Virus record (IMG/VR): IMGVR_UViG_3300044712_001937
Coordinates: 62,001 to 126,000 of that record
Length of the DNA: 64,000 bases
Direction: 5' to 3' (one strand)
Positions 42,333 through 48,959 of this stretch are shown here, one piece after another. The position numbers and the translations under genes are program-made. Positions within the stretch are counted from its first letter, which is position 1; each line of letters starts with the position of its first letter. Below the pieces are notes generated by a model. It did not search any database. It was not told the origin of the DNA and saw only the letters and a list, made by a program, of their open reading frames with translations.

Positions 42333-42407
42333 CGGAATGTTGAGGAATTGGTTTCCCTCGCCTACCTTGGACGTAGGAGCATGTCGGTTCGAGTCCGGTC
42401 ATTCCGA
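42333..42407 (+). tRNA. tRNA-Pro(UGG)
   Basis: CGGAATG/CATTCCG; CCTAC-CTTGGAC-GTAGG. Confidence 0.88.
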
Positions 42408-42416
42408 CTATTAAAT

Positions 42417-42492
42417 CGAGTAATTGGGGAGTTGGTCACCCCGCCACATTTGGGATGTGGAGAACTCGCAGGTTCGAATCCTGCTTACTCGA
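42417..42492 (+). tRNA. tRNA-Pro(UGG)
   Basis: CGAGTAA/TTACTCG; CCACA-TTTGGGA-TGTGG. Confidence 0.88.
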
Positions 42493-42494
42493 CT

Positions 42495-42567
42495 GTATTA
42501 GTGGACTGTTGGTAGTCCGTCAAGATTGTGGCTCTTGCTGACGGGGGTTCGATTCCCCTCTAATACC
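42495..42567 (+). tRNA. tRNA-His(GUG)
   Basis: GTATTAG/CTAATAC, C discriminator; CAAGA-TTGTGGC-TCTTG. Confidence 0.85.
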
Positions 42568-42573
42568 CTAAAT

Positions 42574-42657
42574 TGTCCTTTGGTGGAATTGGTTTAAACA
42601 CAACTGTCTTTGAAGCAGTAACCTTCGGGTTTGCAGGTTCGAGTCCTGCAAGGACAA
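42574..42657 (+). tRNA. tRNA with Gln(UUG) anticodon and long variable arm
   Basis: TGTCCTT/AAGGACA; ACTGT-CTTTGAA-GCAGT; variable arm ACC-TTCG-GGT. Confidence 0.85.
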
Positions 42658-42664
42658 CTAAAAT

Positions 42665-42736
42665 TACTCAATAGTGTAATGGCTACCACACAACACTTTG
42701 ACTGTTGTAATTCTGGTTCGAGTCCAGATTGAGTAA
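42665..42736 (+). tRNA. tRNA-Gln(UUG)
   Basis: TACTCAA/TTGAGTA; CAACA-CTTTGAC-TGTTG. Confidence 0.88.
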
Positions 42737-42776
42737 CAATTTAAATAAAATTGCGTATATTACTAAAAAAACAATT

Positions 42777-43198
42777 ATGAATTATAATCTTTTCCTTGAT
42801 GATGTAAGAGAACCTGATGAAGTATTTGGATATACTAATAATCAGCTATATTTAATAGGTTGGAAAATAGTTCGAAATTATGATGAATTCATTAAATGTA
42901 TTTCTGAAAATGGAATTCCTAATGCTATTAGTTTTGACCATGATTTAGGACATGAACATTATAAAATACAAACCAATATTAGCTATAATCAATTTAAAGA
43001 AAAAACTGGTTTTCATTGCGCAAAATGGTTGATTGATTATTGTATTGTATTGATAATAAATTAGAACTTCCAAACACTATTTTAATACATTCATGGAATA
43101 AAGTGGGTAGTGCAAACATTAAGTCGTTATTTGATACATATAATAAAGTAAAAAATATTAACACTCCTAACAATTATCCACCAATACCTTATTCTTAA
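42777..43198 (+). pseudogene. Cyclic-phosphate-processing receiver-like protein, frameshifted by a TATTG x3 tract
   Basis: LFLDDVREP...ISFDHDLG...TGFHCAKWL; removing one TATTG unit (43038-43052) restores IDNKLELPNTILIHSWNKVGSANIKSLF. Confidence 0.7.
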
Positions 43199-43261
43199 GA
43201 ATAGAATAAATTCATATCGGATTTTTATAATATTTATTGTATTTATTATAAATTTCTGATT

Positions 43262-43756
43262 ATGGAATATAAAAATAATAAACAAAAACTTTTTGAAGTT
43301 ATCGCAAGACTTGATAAAACATTCAAACCTAAATTGAATGAAAGTAATGATAAATCAAACAAAAAGGGATTCCATACCAATATTGAAGAAGATACTATTA
43401 ATAATAATAACTTTAGAAAAGTATTATATACTGGTCAAAATTTACAATTAGTTTTAATGGCTTTAAAACCCGGTGAAGAAATTGGTGAAGAAACTCATCC
43501 AAATATTGACCAATTTTTTAGAATTGATGCTGGTAATGGTAAATGTATTATTAATGATAATGAATATAATTTAAAAAATGGTGATTGTATTATAGTTCCC
43601 GCAGGTTCTAAACATAATATAATTAATAATGGTAAGAAAGAATTAAAATTATATACCATATATTCACCTCCACATCATAAAGATGGTATTATCTTTAAAA
43701 CCAAAGACGAAGCTGAAAATAGTAAAGAAAAATTTAATGGTAAAACAACAGAATAA
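43262..43756 (+). CDS. Cupin-domain protein with KQKLFEV leader
   Basis: LKPGEEIGEETHPNIDQFFRIDAG...IVPAGSKHNIIN...LYTIYSPPHH; late motif 43239-43247. Confidence 0.85.
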   Translation: MEYKNNKQKLFEVIARLDKTFKPKLNESNDKSNKKGFHTNIEEDTINNNNFRKVLYTGQNLQLVLMALKPGEEIGEETHPNIDQFFRIDAGNGKCIINDNEYNLKNGDCIIVPAGSKHNIINNGKKELKLYTIYSPPHHKDGIIFKTKDEAENSKEKFNGKTTE

Positions 43757-43784
43757 ATAATATTAAAAATAATAAATTAGCAAT

Positions 43785-44057
43785 ATGAAAGACAGTAAAC
43801 AAAGATTATTTGAAGTAATGGGAAGACTTGATAAAACTTTTAAACCCAAAAATGTTCTTAATGAATGGAATTTCGATAAGAAAAAAGATGATGATTCTGA
43901 AGAAGAAAAAAAAGAAGGTGAAGAAACTCAAGAACATGAAGAATCTGAAACACCTGCTGAAGAAAAAAAAGAACATAAAGAAGATAAAGAATTAGACGAA
44001 GCTGATGAAGTAAAACCTAAAATCCCTGTAAATGCTATTGCAAAGGTGGGTAAATAA
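43785..44057 (+). CDS. Small acidic protein with KQRLFEVMG leader
   Basis: MKDSKQRLFEVMGRLDKTFKPKNVLNE followed by an E/K/D-rich tail. Confidence 0.65.
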   Translation: MKDSKQRLFEVMGRLDKTFKPKNVLNEWNFDKKKDDDSEEEKKEGEETQEHEESETPAEEKKEHKEDKELDEADEVKPKIPVNAIAKVGK

Positions 44058-44085
44058 ATTTTTTTTAAAAAAAAGTTAAAAATAA

Positions 44086-44123
44086 TTTGTTTTTAATTGA
44101 AACTTTTTTACCTTTGTATCGTA
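44086..44123 (+). promoter_or_regulatory. Overlapping sigma-A and ECF-type promoters of tRNA cluster 2
   Basis: TTTG 44086-44089 + TACCTTTG 44109-44116; TGAAAC 44098-44103 + N16 + CGTA 44120-44123. Confidence 0.75.
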
Positions 44124-44159
44124 TTTAGTTTAAAACGCTATAACAATTAAAAAATAGAA

Positions 44160-44252
44160 ATGATGAAAAAAGTACTCGACATATTAGTAGCAGAAACATT
44201 AGTTGCCTTATTATGGGCAGTTGATGAAGATATGCTATGTTCAGTCGGGTAA
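44160..44252 (+). CDS. Attenuator leader peptide 2, MMKKVLDILVAETLVALLWAVDEDMLCSVG (V/L/A/D/E/W-rich)
   Basis: Manual translation; 3' end GTTCAGTCGGGT is a perfect 12-nt complement of the terminator 5' arm. Confidence 0.82.
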   Translation: MMKKVLDILVAETLVALLWAVDEDMLCSVG

Positions 44253-44280
44253 GTTTTATTACGATATAAAACAAGTTTTT

Positions 44281-44318
44281 AAAAAAACCCGACTGAACTA
44301 AAATCAGTCGGGTTTTTT
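44281..44318 (+). terminator. Conditional terminator of attenuator 2
   Basis: A7-CCCGACTGA-ACTAAAA-TCAGTCGGG-T6. Confidence 0.9.
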
Positions 44319-44325
44319 GTTTTTA

Positions 44326-44338
44326 TGTTCTTTGACAT
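44326..44338 (+). promoter_or_regulatory. boxA-like antitermination site
   Basis: TGTTCTTTGACAT between the terminator and the first tRNA. Confidence 0.65.
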
Positions 44339-44349
44339 GCTGGAATTTT

Positions 44350-44422
44350 CGAGGTCGTGGTGTAATGGTCTGCATAACACACTGTCACTGTGTCGGTTGG
44401 GGTTCGAGTCCCCCGGTCTCGG
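44350..44422 (+). tRNA. tRNA-Asp(GUC)
   Basis: CGAGGTC/GGTCTCG; ACACA-CTGTCAC-TGTGT; G discriminator. Confidence 0.85.
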
Positions 44423-44486
44423 CAATATCCTATCGGAAGGTAGGAGAAACTAAATTATTTAAATCCGGAATAGAATAATTTAGAAA

Positions 44487-44561
44487 GGACGTATAGTTTA
44501 TATGGGTGTGAATGCCACCGAGATGGGGTGGTGGTTGCTGGTTCAAATCCAGTTACGTCTG
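44487..44561 (+). tRNA. Atypical tRNA, nominal Ile(GAU), noncanonical anticodon loop
   Basis: GGACGTA/TACGTCT; CCACC-GAGATGG-GGTGG (no U33). Confidence 0.55.
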
Positions 44562-44567
44562 CAAAAT

Positions 44568-44643
44568 ATCACCATAGGGGAGTCTGGTCGTCCCTGCTTG
44601 CCTGTCACGCAAGAGAACACGGGTTCAAATCCCGTTGGTGGTG
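44568..44643 (+). tRNA. tRNA-Asp(GUC)
   Basis: ATCACCA/TGGTGGT; CTTGC-CTGTCAC-GCAAG. Confidence 0.85.
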
Positions 44644-44790
44644 CTAATACTTTACTGTCGAATTATATTAAGTTGATATAATTTATGAAGATAAGCGGAT
44701 TGGTGTAATAAACACATCTACCTTAAATAAGTAGAAACCTGTAACATGTGAAAGTTATCATCCGCAACAAGAAAGTAAAGTATTTATTAT

Positions 44791-44874
44791 CGTGCATTAT
44801 GCAAGCGGTCAAAGCGGCAAGTCCTTCAAACTTGTATCGAAAGATTTCGAGGGGTTCGAATCCCCCATGCATGA
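44791..44874 (+). tRNA. tRNA with Glu(UUC) anticodon and long variable arm
   Basis: CGTGCAT/ATGCATG; CAAGT-CCTTCAA-ACTTG (C33); variable arm ATC-GAAA-GAT. Confidence 0.75.
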
Positions 44875-45141
44875 CTTTAGTTATTTTCATTCAAAAGTGT
44901 AATACAATGCACTTTTGAATGAAAACACAATCATTAGTATCATATATGAGACTTTCAACAATAAATGTTGAATATTTCTATAAAATTTTAAGTTATTGTG
45001 GAAAATATACAACAAATTGAATAAAAGTTATTTATTTTCTACAATATATAATGTATGAAATAACCAACATTAGTAAAACGATGAAATTATATTCTAAACT
45101 AATAACCACTTAGCTTATAAGCATATTTTAAAAATTACGTA

Positions 45142-45426
45142 ATGTGTGAAATAACAAACATTATTTATATGGAAAACGAAATTTTAAAAAAAGAAATCCT
45201 TAAACTCCGGGAAGAAAATGAAGACCTTAAAAGTAAATTAATTGATTTAACTTTTGAACAAAATTATAGCATTGAAAAAGAATTAGCTGAAATTGTTCGA
45301 GAATTATATTCTGGTGTTTGTGAAGAATTAAAAAATAAAAAAAGTGAACTTACTAAAAAACAAATTTTAGAAAATATTAGAAATAATCTACAAGAATTTG
45401 CAAAAAACTATAAGTTTAAATTATAA
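45142..45426 (+). CDS. Hypothetical coiled-coil protein
   Basis: 94-aa ORF; probable start at MENEIL. Confidence 0.55.
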   Translation: MCEITNIIYMENEILKKEILKLREENEDLKSKLIDLTFEQNYSIEKELAEIVRELYSGVCEELKNKKSELTKKQILENIRNNLQEFAKNYKFKL

Positions 45427-45430
45427 AAAT

Positions 45431-45502
45431 GCTCGGTTGGTAAAGTGGCTAATACGTCTGACTTTCTATCAGGAGTCACGGGTTCGATTCCCGTACCGAG
45501 TA
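45431..45502 (+). tRNA. tRNA-Glu(UUC)
   Basis: GCTCGGT/ACCGAGT; TCTGA-CTTTCTA-TCAGG. Confidence 0.85.
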
Positions 45503-45576
45503 CAATTAGGTGTCTAAAGCATTAAAGACTTAAATTCGGTAAAAAGTTAAATAATTAAGCCATGCCTAATTAAATC

Positions 45577-45648
45577 AGTCTCTTAGCGTAGCGGAAGCGC
45601 ATCTGCCTTACATGCAGAGGGTCATAGGTTCGAATCCTATAGGGACTA
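45577..45648 (+). tRNA. tRNA-Val(UAC)
   Basis: AGTCTCT/AGGGACT; TCTGC-CTTACAT-GCAGA. Confidence 0.88.
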
Positions 45649-45766
45649 CAAATGTCTATCATAGCTGGGTAAAATCCCTTAAAGGAATACTGGAGTAACG
45701 ATAACCTAAGTGAAGTGGTATTATGCGAGATAGTTATAATGAAAAGTTGGTCACTCAGTAATTATA

Positions 45767-45841
45767 GGGTGAAAATGGTGTAAGTATGGGAGCACATCTG
45801 CATGAAAGCAGCAGGACGAAGTTCGAATCTTTAACACTCCA
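45767..45841 (+). pseudogene. Degenerate tRNA-like element
   Basis: D-like and TTCGAAT arms present, but 6-nt anticodon loop (ATGAAA) and poor acceptor pairing. Confidence 0.5.
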
Positions 45842-45846
45842 CAAAT

Positions 45847-45931
45847 TGGAAAATGGTGTAATGGCTAAACATCCCACTCTTACAAAGTGGAGACGAGAAG
45901 TATAATCCGAGTTCGAATCTCGGTTTTCCAA
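45847..45931 (+). tRNA. tRNA with Val(UAC) anticodon and long variable region
   Basis: TGGAAAA/TTTTCCA; CCACT-CTTACAA-AGTGG; 16-nt variable region. Confidence 0.8.
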
Positions 45932-45939
45932 CATAAAAT

Positions 45940-46020
45940 GTCCTCTTGGTGGAACGGTAGACACGATAGTTTTAGAAACTATTGCTGAAAGGTGTGAGAG
46001 TTCAAGTCTCTCAGAGGATA
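45940..46020 (+). tRNA. tRNA-Leu(UAG)
   Basis: GTCCTCT/AGAGGAT; ATAGT-TTTAGAA-ACTAT; class II arm. Confidence 0.88.
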
Positions 46021-46066
46021 CTAATATTTTATAATAATTAAAATAAACTTAATTCTTGCAAAAACA

Positions 46067-46732
46067 CTATTTATTTTTTATTATGTTAACAATAACGTTT
46101 AAATATTTTTTTGATGTTTGTTCTTTGAAATATTTTTGTTGTGATGTGTCAATAATGCATAATTCAATCCCTTGTTCTAAACAAGCTTGAAATTTTCTAT
46201 TATCATTATTTTGAATTTGTTGAAGTTTATTTTCGCCAAATATTGGTTCATAATGAAATAAACCATTTAACTCAAAAGCAAGTTTAAGTGAAGGAATATA
46301 AATATCTAATTCAGAATTTATTATATCTTTATTATTAAATAATATTTCTAAATCAGGATATAATAATTTTAATTGTCCTTCAAGATAAATTTCAAGTTTA
46401 GACCTACGATTACCTTTTGTTTTATGTGTATTATTATAAATTGCAGCACATGATTGTGAACAAAAATGATTGTTTGATTTTTTTATTTCACTATTAGGTT
46501 TTATAATTTCAATACCACAATTAATACAAGTAAAAATTGTACTATTATTGAAATATAGTGAACGACATTTTTTTGTACAAAAATTACCACGATTATATTT
46601 ATTTTCTTTTATATAATGTTTTATTCTCTTTTTTTGACATTGGAAAATATTATCACAATAGTGACATTTTAAATTCAAAAAATCATTTGATTTAGCTGTA
46701 TTAAATTCTTCTTTGGTAAATAATGGAATCAT
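46067..46732 (-). CDS. Zinc-finger plus PD-(D/E)XK/Vsr-like endonuclease inserted antisense in tRNA cluster 2 (start revised to MIPLFT)
   Basis: CxxC repeats; ELDIYIPSLKLAFELNGLFHY; late motif on the minus strand at 46755-46747. Confidence 0.75.
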   Translation of the reverse strand: MIPLFTKEEFNTAKSNDFLNLKCHYCDNIFQCQKKRIKHYIKENKYNRGNFCTKKCRSLYFNNSTIFTCINCGIEIIKPNSEIKKSNNHFCSQSCAAIYNNTHKTKGNRRSKLEIYLEGQLKLLYPDLEILFNNKDIINSELDIYIPSLKLAFELNGLFHYEPIFGENKLQQIQNNDNRKFQACLEQGIELCIIDTSQQKYFKEQTSKKYLNVIVNIIKNK

Positions 46733-46820
46733 AAGACTTAATTTATAATAAATACTATAAATTTTCATTTTCGATATAGTTTTTCGGGACAAAGTAAAAG
46801 AATTAATTAATAATATATAT

Positions 46821-46907
46821 GGCTTTGTGGCGAAATTGGCAGTACGCAACAGACTTAAAATCTGTGGTTCAGTAATGGACGTGTCGGTTCAAGTCCGACC
46901 AGAGCTA
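46821..46907 (+). tRNA. tRNA-Leu(UAA)
   Basis: GGCTTTG/CAGAGCT; ACAGA-CTTAAAA-TCTGT. Confidence 0.9.
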
Positions 46908-46975
46908 CGCTATTGAGTTTTACACTTTTAGATTTCCGTGAAGTTAGTTAATAACTGAGAAAGAAAAAGTGATAT

Positions 46976-47051
46976 GGGGTATGGGACTGCTAGGGTTGGT
47001 CATCTCGCTTGCACCGAGAAAATCAGGACGATTCGAATTCGTCATGCTCCA
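46976..47051 (+). tRNA. tRNA-Ala(UGC)
   Basis: GGGGTAT/ATGCTCC with G3:U70; TCTCG-CTTGCAC-CGAGA. Confidence 0.88.
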
Positions 47052-47112
47052 CTGAGACAGACTGTTAGAATTTTATAGAACCTGTTGCTGGGTAGCGTAA
47101 AAATTCGAATAT

Positions 47113-47187
47113 GGTTCTGTAGCCCAATTGGTAGAGGCATCAGATTTAAATTCTGTATAGGTGTGGGTTCGACTCCCACCATCCCTA
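47113..47187 (+). pseudogene. tRNA-like gene, nominal Leu(UAA), mismatched acceptor stem
   Basis: Good D and T arms, CAGA-TTTAAAT-TCTG; GGTTCTG does not pair well with CATCCCT. Confidence 0.55.
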
Positions 47188-47194
47188 CTAACAT

Positions 47195-47265
47195 ACATCT
47201 GTCGTCTAATGGTAAGATATCGGTTTCCAACTCCGAGGATAAGGTTTCGATTACTTTCAGGTGTG
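47195..47265 (+). tRNA. tRNA-Trp(CCA)
   Basis: ACATCTG/CAGGTGT, G discriminator; loop TTCCAAC. Confidence 0.75.
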
Positions 47266-47283
47266 CTAATTAATTATAAATAT

Positions 47284-47550
47284 ATGAGTAGTGAAGATGG
47301 TAGGTATCATATAACTGATATCAAAACAGGTAGAAAATTTTTAGTTGAACCAATTGGTAATCCCCATGTTAATTGGGGTGATGTAAACCCTGCAACAAAA
47401 AAATTAGAAGGGGATTATGGTGATAAATATCGAGGTTCAATCGATGAAAAAAATTCAATAATTACTGAACAAAATGGATTTAAAAATATTATTGTAGGAG
47501 AAATTGGTGAATCTCCAGTAGATTTGATGAATAAAATTTTAAATTCTTAA
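47284..47550 (+). CDS. Conserved phage hypothetical protein (start revised to MSSEDG)
   Basis: The upstream part of the track ORF overlaps tRNAs; ATG at 47284. Confidence 0.65.
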   Translation: MSSEDGRYHITDIKTGRKFLVEPIGNPHVNWGDVNPATKKLEGDYGDKYRGSIDEKNSIITEQNGFKNIIVGEIGESPVDLMNKILNS

Positions 47551-47652
47551 ATTGCCGAATATTACCGGATATTGCCGGAATAAAATAAATTAATACTGAA
47601 TATCAAGTATTTATATTTTTATTTTATTACCGGATATTACCGGAATAAAATA
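47551..47652. repeat. Five 10-bp ATTRCCG(G/A)A(T/A) repeats in two blocks
   Basis: Units at 47551, 47561, 47571, 47626, 47636; each block ends TAAAATA. Confidence 0.8.
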
Positions 47653-47730
47653 TTGCTTATTTTGGGTTGACGATAGTAAGTTCCAAACATTTAGGAATGA
47701 TATGAGGGTTCATTCATAAGCGCATCTAAT

Positions 47731-47813
47731 ACGTCCGTGACCGAGTGGTTAAAGGTGATAGTCTCCAAAACTATTTGCGAAAGCATACGTGGGTTCAAAT
47801 CCTACCGGGCGTG
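47731..47813 (+). tRNA. tRNA with Trp(CCA) anticodon and long variable arm
   Basis: ACGTCCG/CGGGCGT; ATAGT-CTCCAAA-ACTAT; arm TGC-GAAA-GCA. Confidence 0.85.
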
Positions 47814-47875
47814 CTTTAATTTATTAAAAATCAATAACTTATGAAAACGCAAAAAGCAATGAGCACCCTATTAGG

Positions 47876-48335
47876 GTGCAATTAACAAGACAAGAACGAA
47901 GAAGAAATAAACATAGTGATGAATTTAATTTAATTTTCAAAATTTTTTTTTCAATCATATCGTTATAAAATACTTGATTTTTCAGGTGTTGACATTAAAA
48001 CTTTATTATCTTTAAATCATGAAGATTCTAAAGTTTGTTTTAAAAAATTTGATAATGGAGAATATTCGAAGGATGAAATATATTTTCAAGGTATTCCAAC
48101 CAGACATCCAAATATTCTTAAATCAATAATTATATCAAAAAAATCTTGGGGTTTACATGTTAAAATGTGGAGTGATGGTATTTATGAAGGTTGTTTCACT
48201 AAAAAAGAAATTTTAGAACAATTTTATGATAAAAATATTATTATACCTAATAGTTTTTTATTAGATTTAGATAATCAAATTATAAAAAAATTTAAGAATT
48301 ATGGCATCACAAAACAAATTAAAAAAGATGATTAA
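47876..48335 (+). pseudogene. Hypothetical ORF broken at a T9 homopolymer
   Basis: GTG-QLTRQERRR frame joins the QSYRYKILDFSG...KKDD frame if one T is removed at 47943-47951. Confidence 0.45.
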
Positions 48336-48486
48336 TAGTTATTGTTGGAGTAGTTTAAAAAATACTGTACAAGAAATGAAATTAAAACGTGTACTTTTTT
48401 ATACTGCAAATGATAGAAAAATGAATAAAAAGGTAGATTGTAACAACATTGATTAAAATTCGTATTTATAAACAAAACTTATATTT

Positions 48487-48921
48487 ATGAAAAAAACTAT
48501 TTTAAGTATTATTTTATCGTTAATATCTATTCTTGGATATACACAAGAAGTATCAGGTCAATTTACTAAATTGAATGAATCGTATTATCAAAATAATTTC
48601 GCAAATCAGATTAAAGGAAAAACTGAAGTTATTTTAGATGATAAAGCTCGTGTAGATATTGTTACGGATACTTTTGCAATTGAAGTTGATTTTGCTGAAA
48701 AATGGGCAGAATCTATAGGACAATCTCAATATTATGCGAGAAAATTAAATAAAAAAGCTGGTATATTATTAGTTATAAATCCTGCAACTGATGATAAATA
48801 TTTAAAACGTCTAATCATTACTACAATTTATGAAAATGTAACTGTTTGGTTATGGGATTATACAACAGATAAATGGTGTAAAGTTCAAACTAAAATTGAA
48901 TATTCATATAAATTTCAATAA
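48487..48921 (+). CDS. Signal-peptide-bearing PD-(D/E)XK-like protein
   Basis: Signal peptide; ARVDIVTDTFAIEVDFAEKWAESIGQSQYY. Confidence 0.6.
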   Translation: MKKTILSIILSLISILGYTQEVSGQFTKLNESYYQNNFANQIKGKTEVILDDKARVDIVTDTFAIEVDFAEKWAESIGQSQYYARKLNKKAGILLVINPATDDKYLKRLIITTIYENVTVWLWDYTTDKWCKVQTKIEYSYKFQ

Positions 48922-48959
48922 TTCTTGATAATTTCAATTTTAAAATATAAATTTGCCTA

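Noticed and set aside
44791-44874. Selenocysteine or opal suppressor (UCA) reading of this long-arm tRNA
   Set aside because: The 5-bp stem CAAGT/ACTTG fixes the loop as CCTTCAA, giving UUC; a UCA register breaks the stem.
47113-47187. Ochre suppressor (UUA) reading
   Set aside because: Loop TTTAAAT places TAA at 34-36, and the acceptor stem is mismatched, so it is probably non-functional.
45755-47273. Track ORFs 45755, 47042, 47085, plus 50228 and the 5' parts of 47161, 51682 and 58907
   Set aside because: They are translations through tRNA or tmRNA genes.
47551-47652. CRISPR array
   Set aside because: The repeats are only 10 bp and tandem, with no unique spacers and no cas genes.
47841-47885. 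Fourth attenuator leader (MKTQKAMSTLLGCN)
   Set aside because: No downstream terminator or antiterminator complement, no biased composition, and no tRNA cluster follows.
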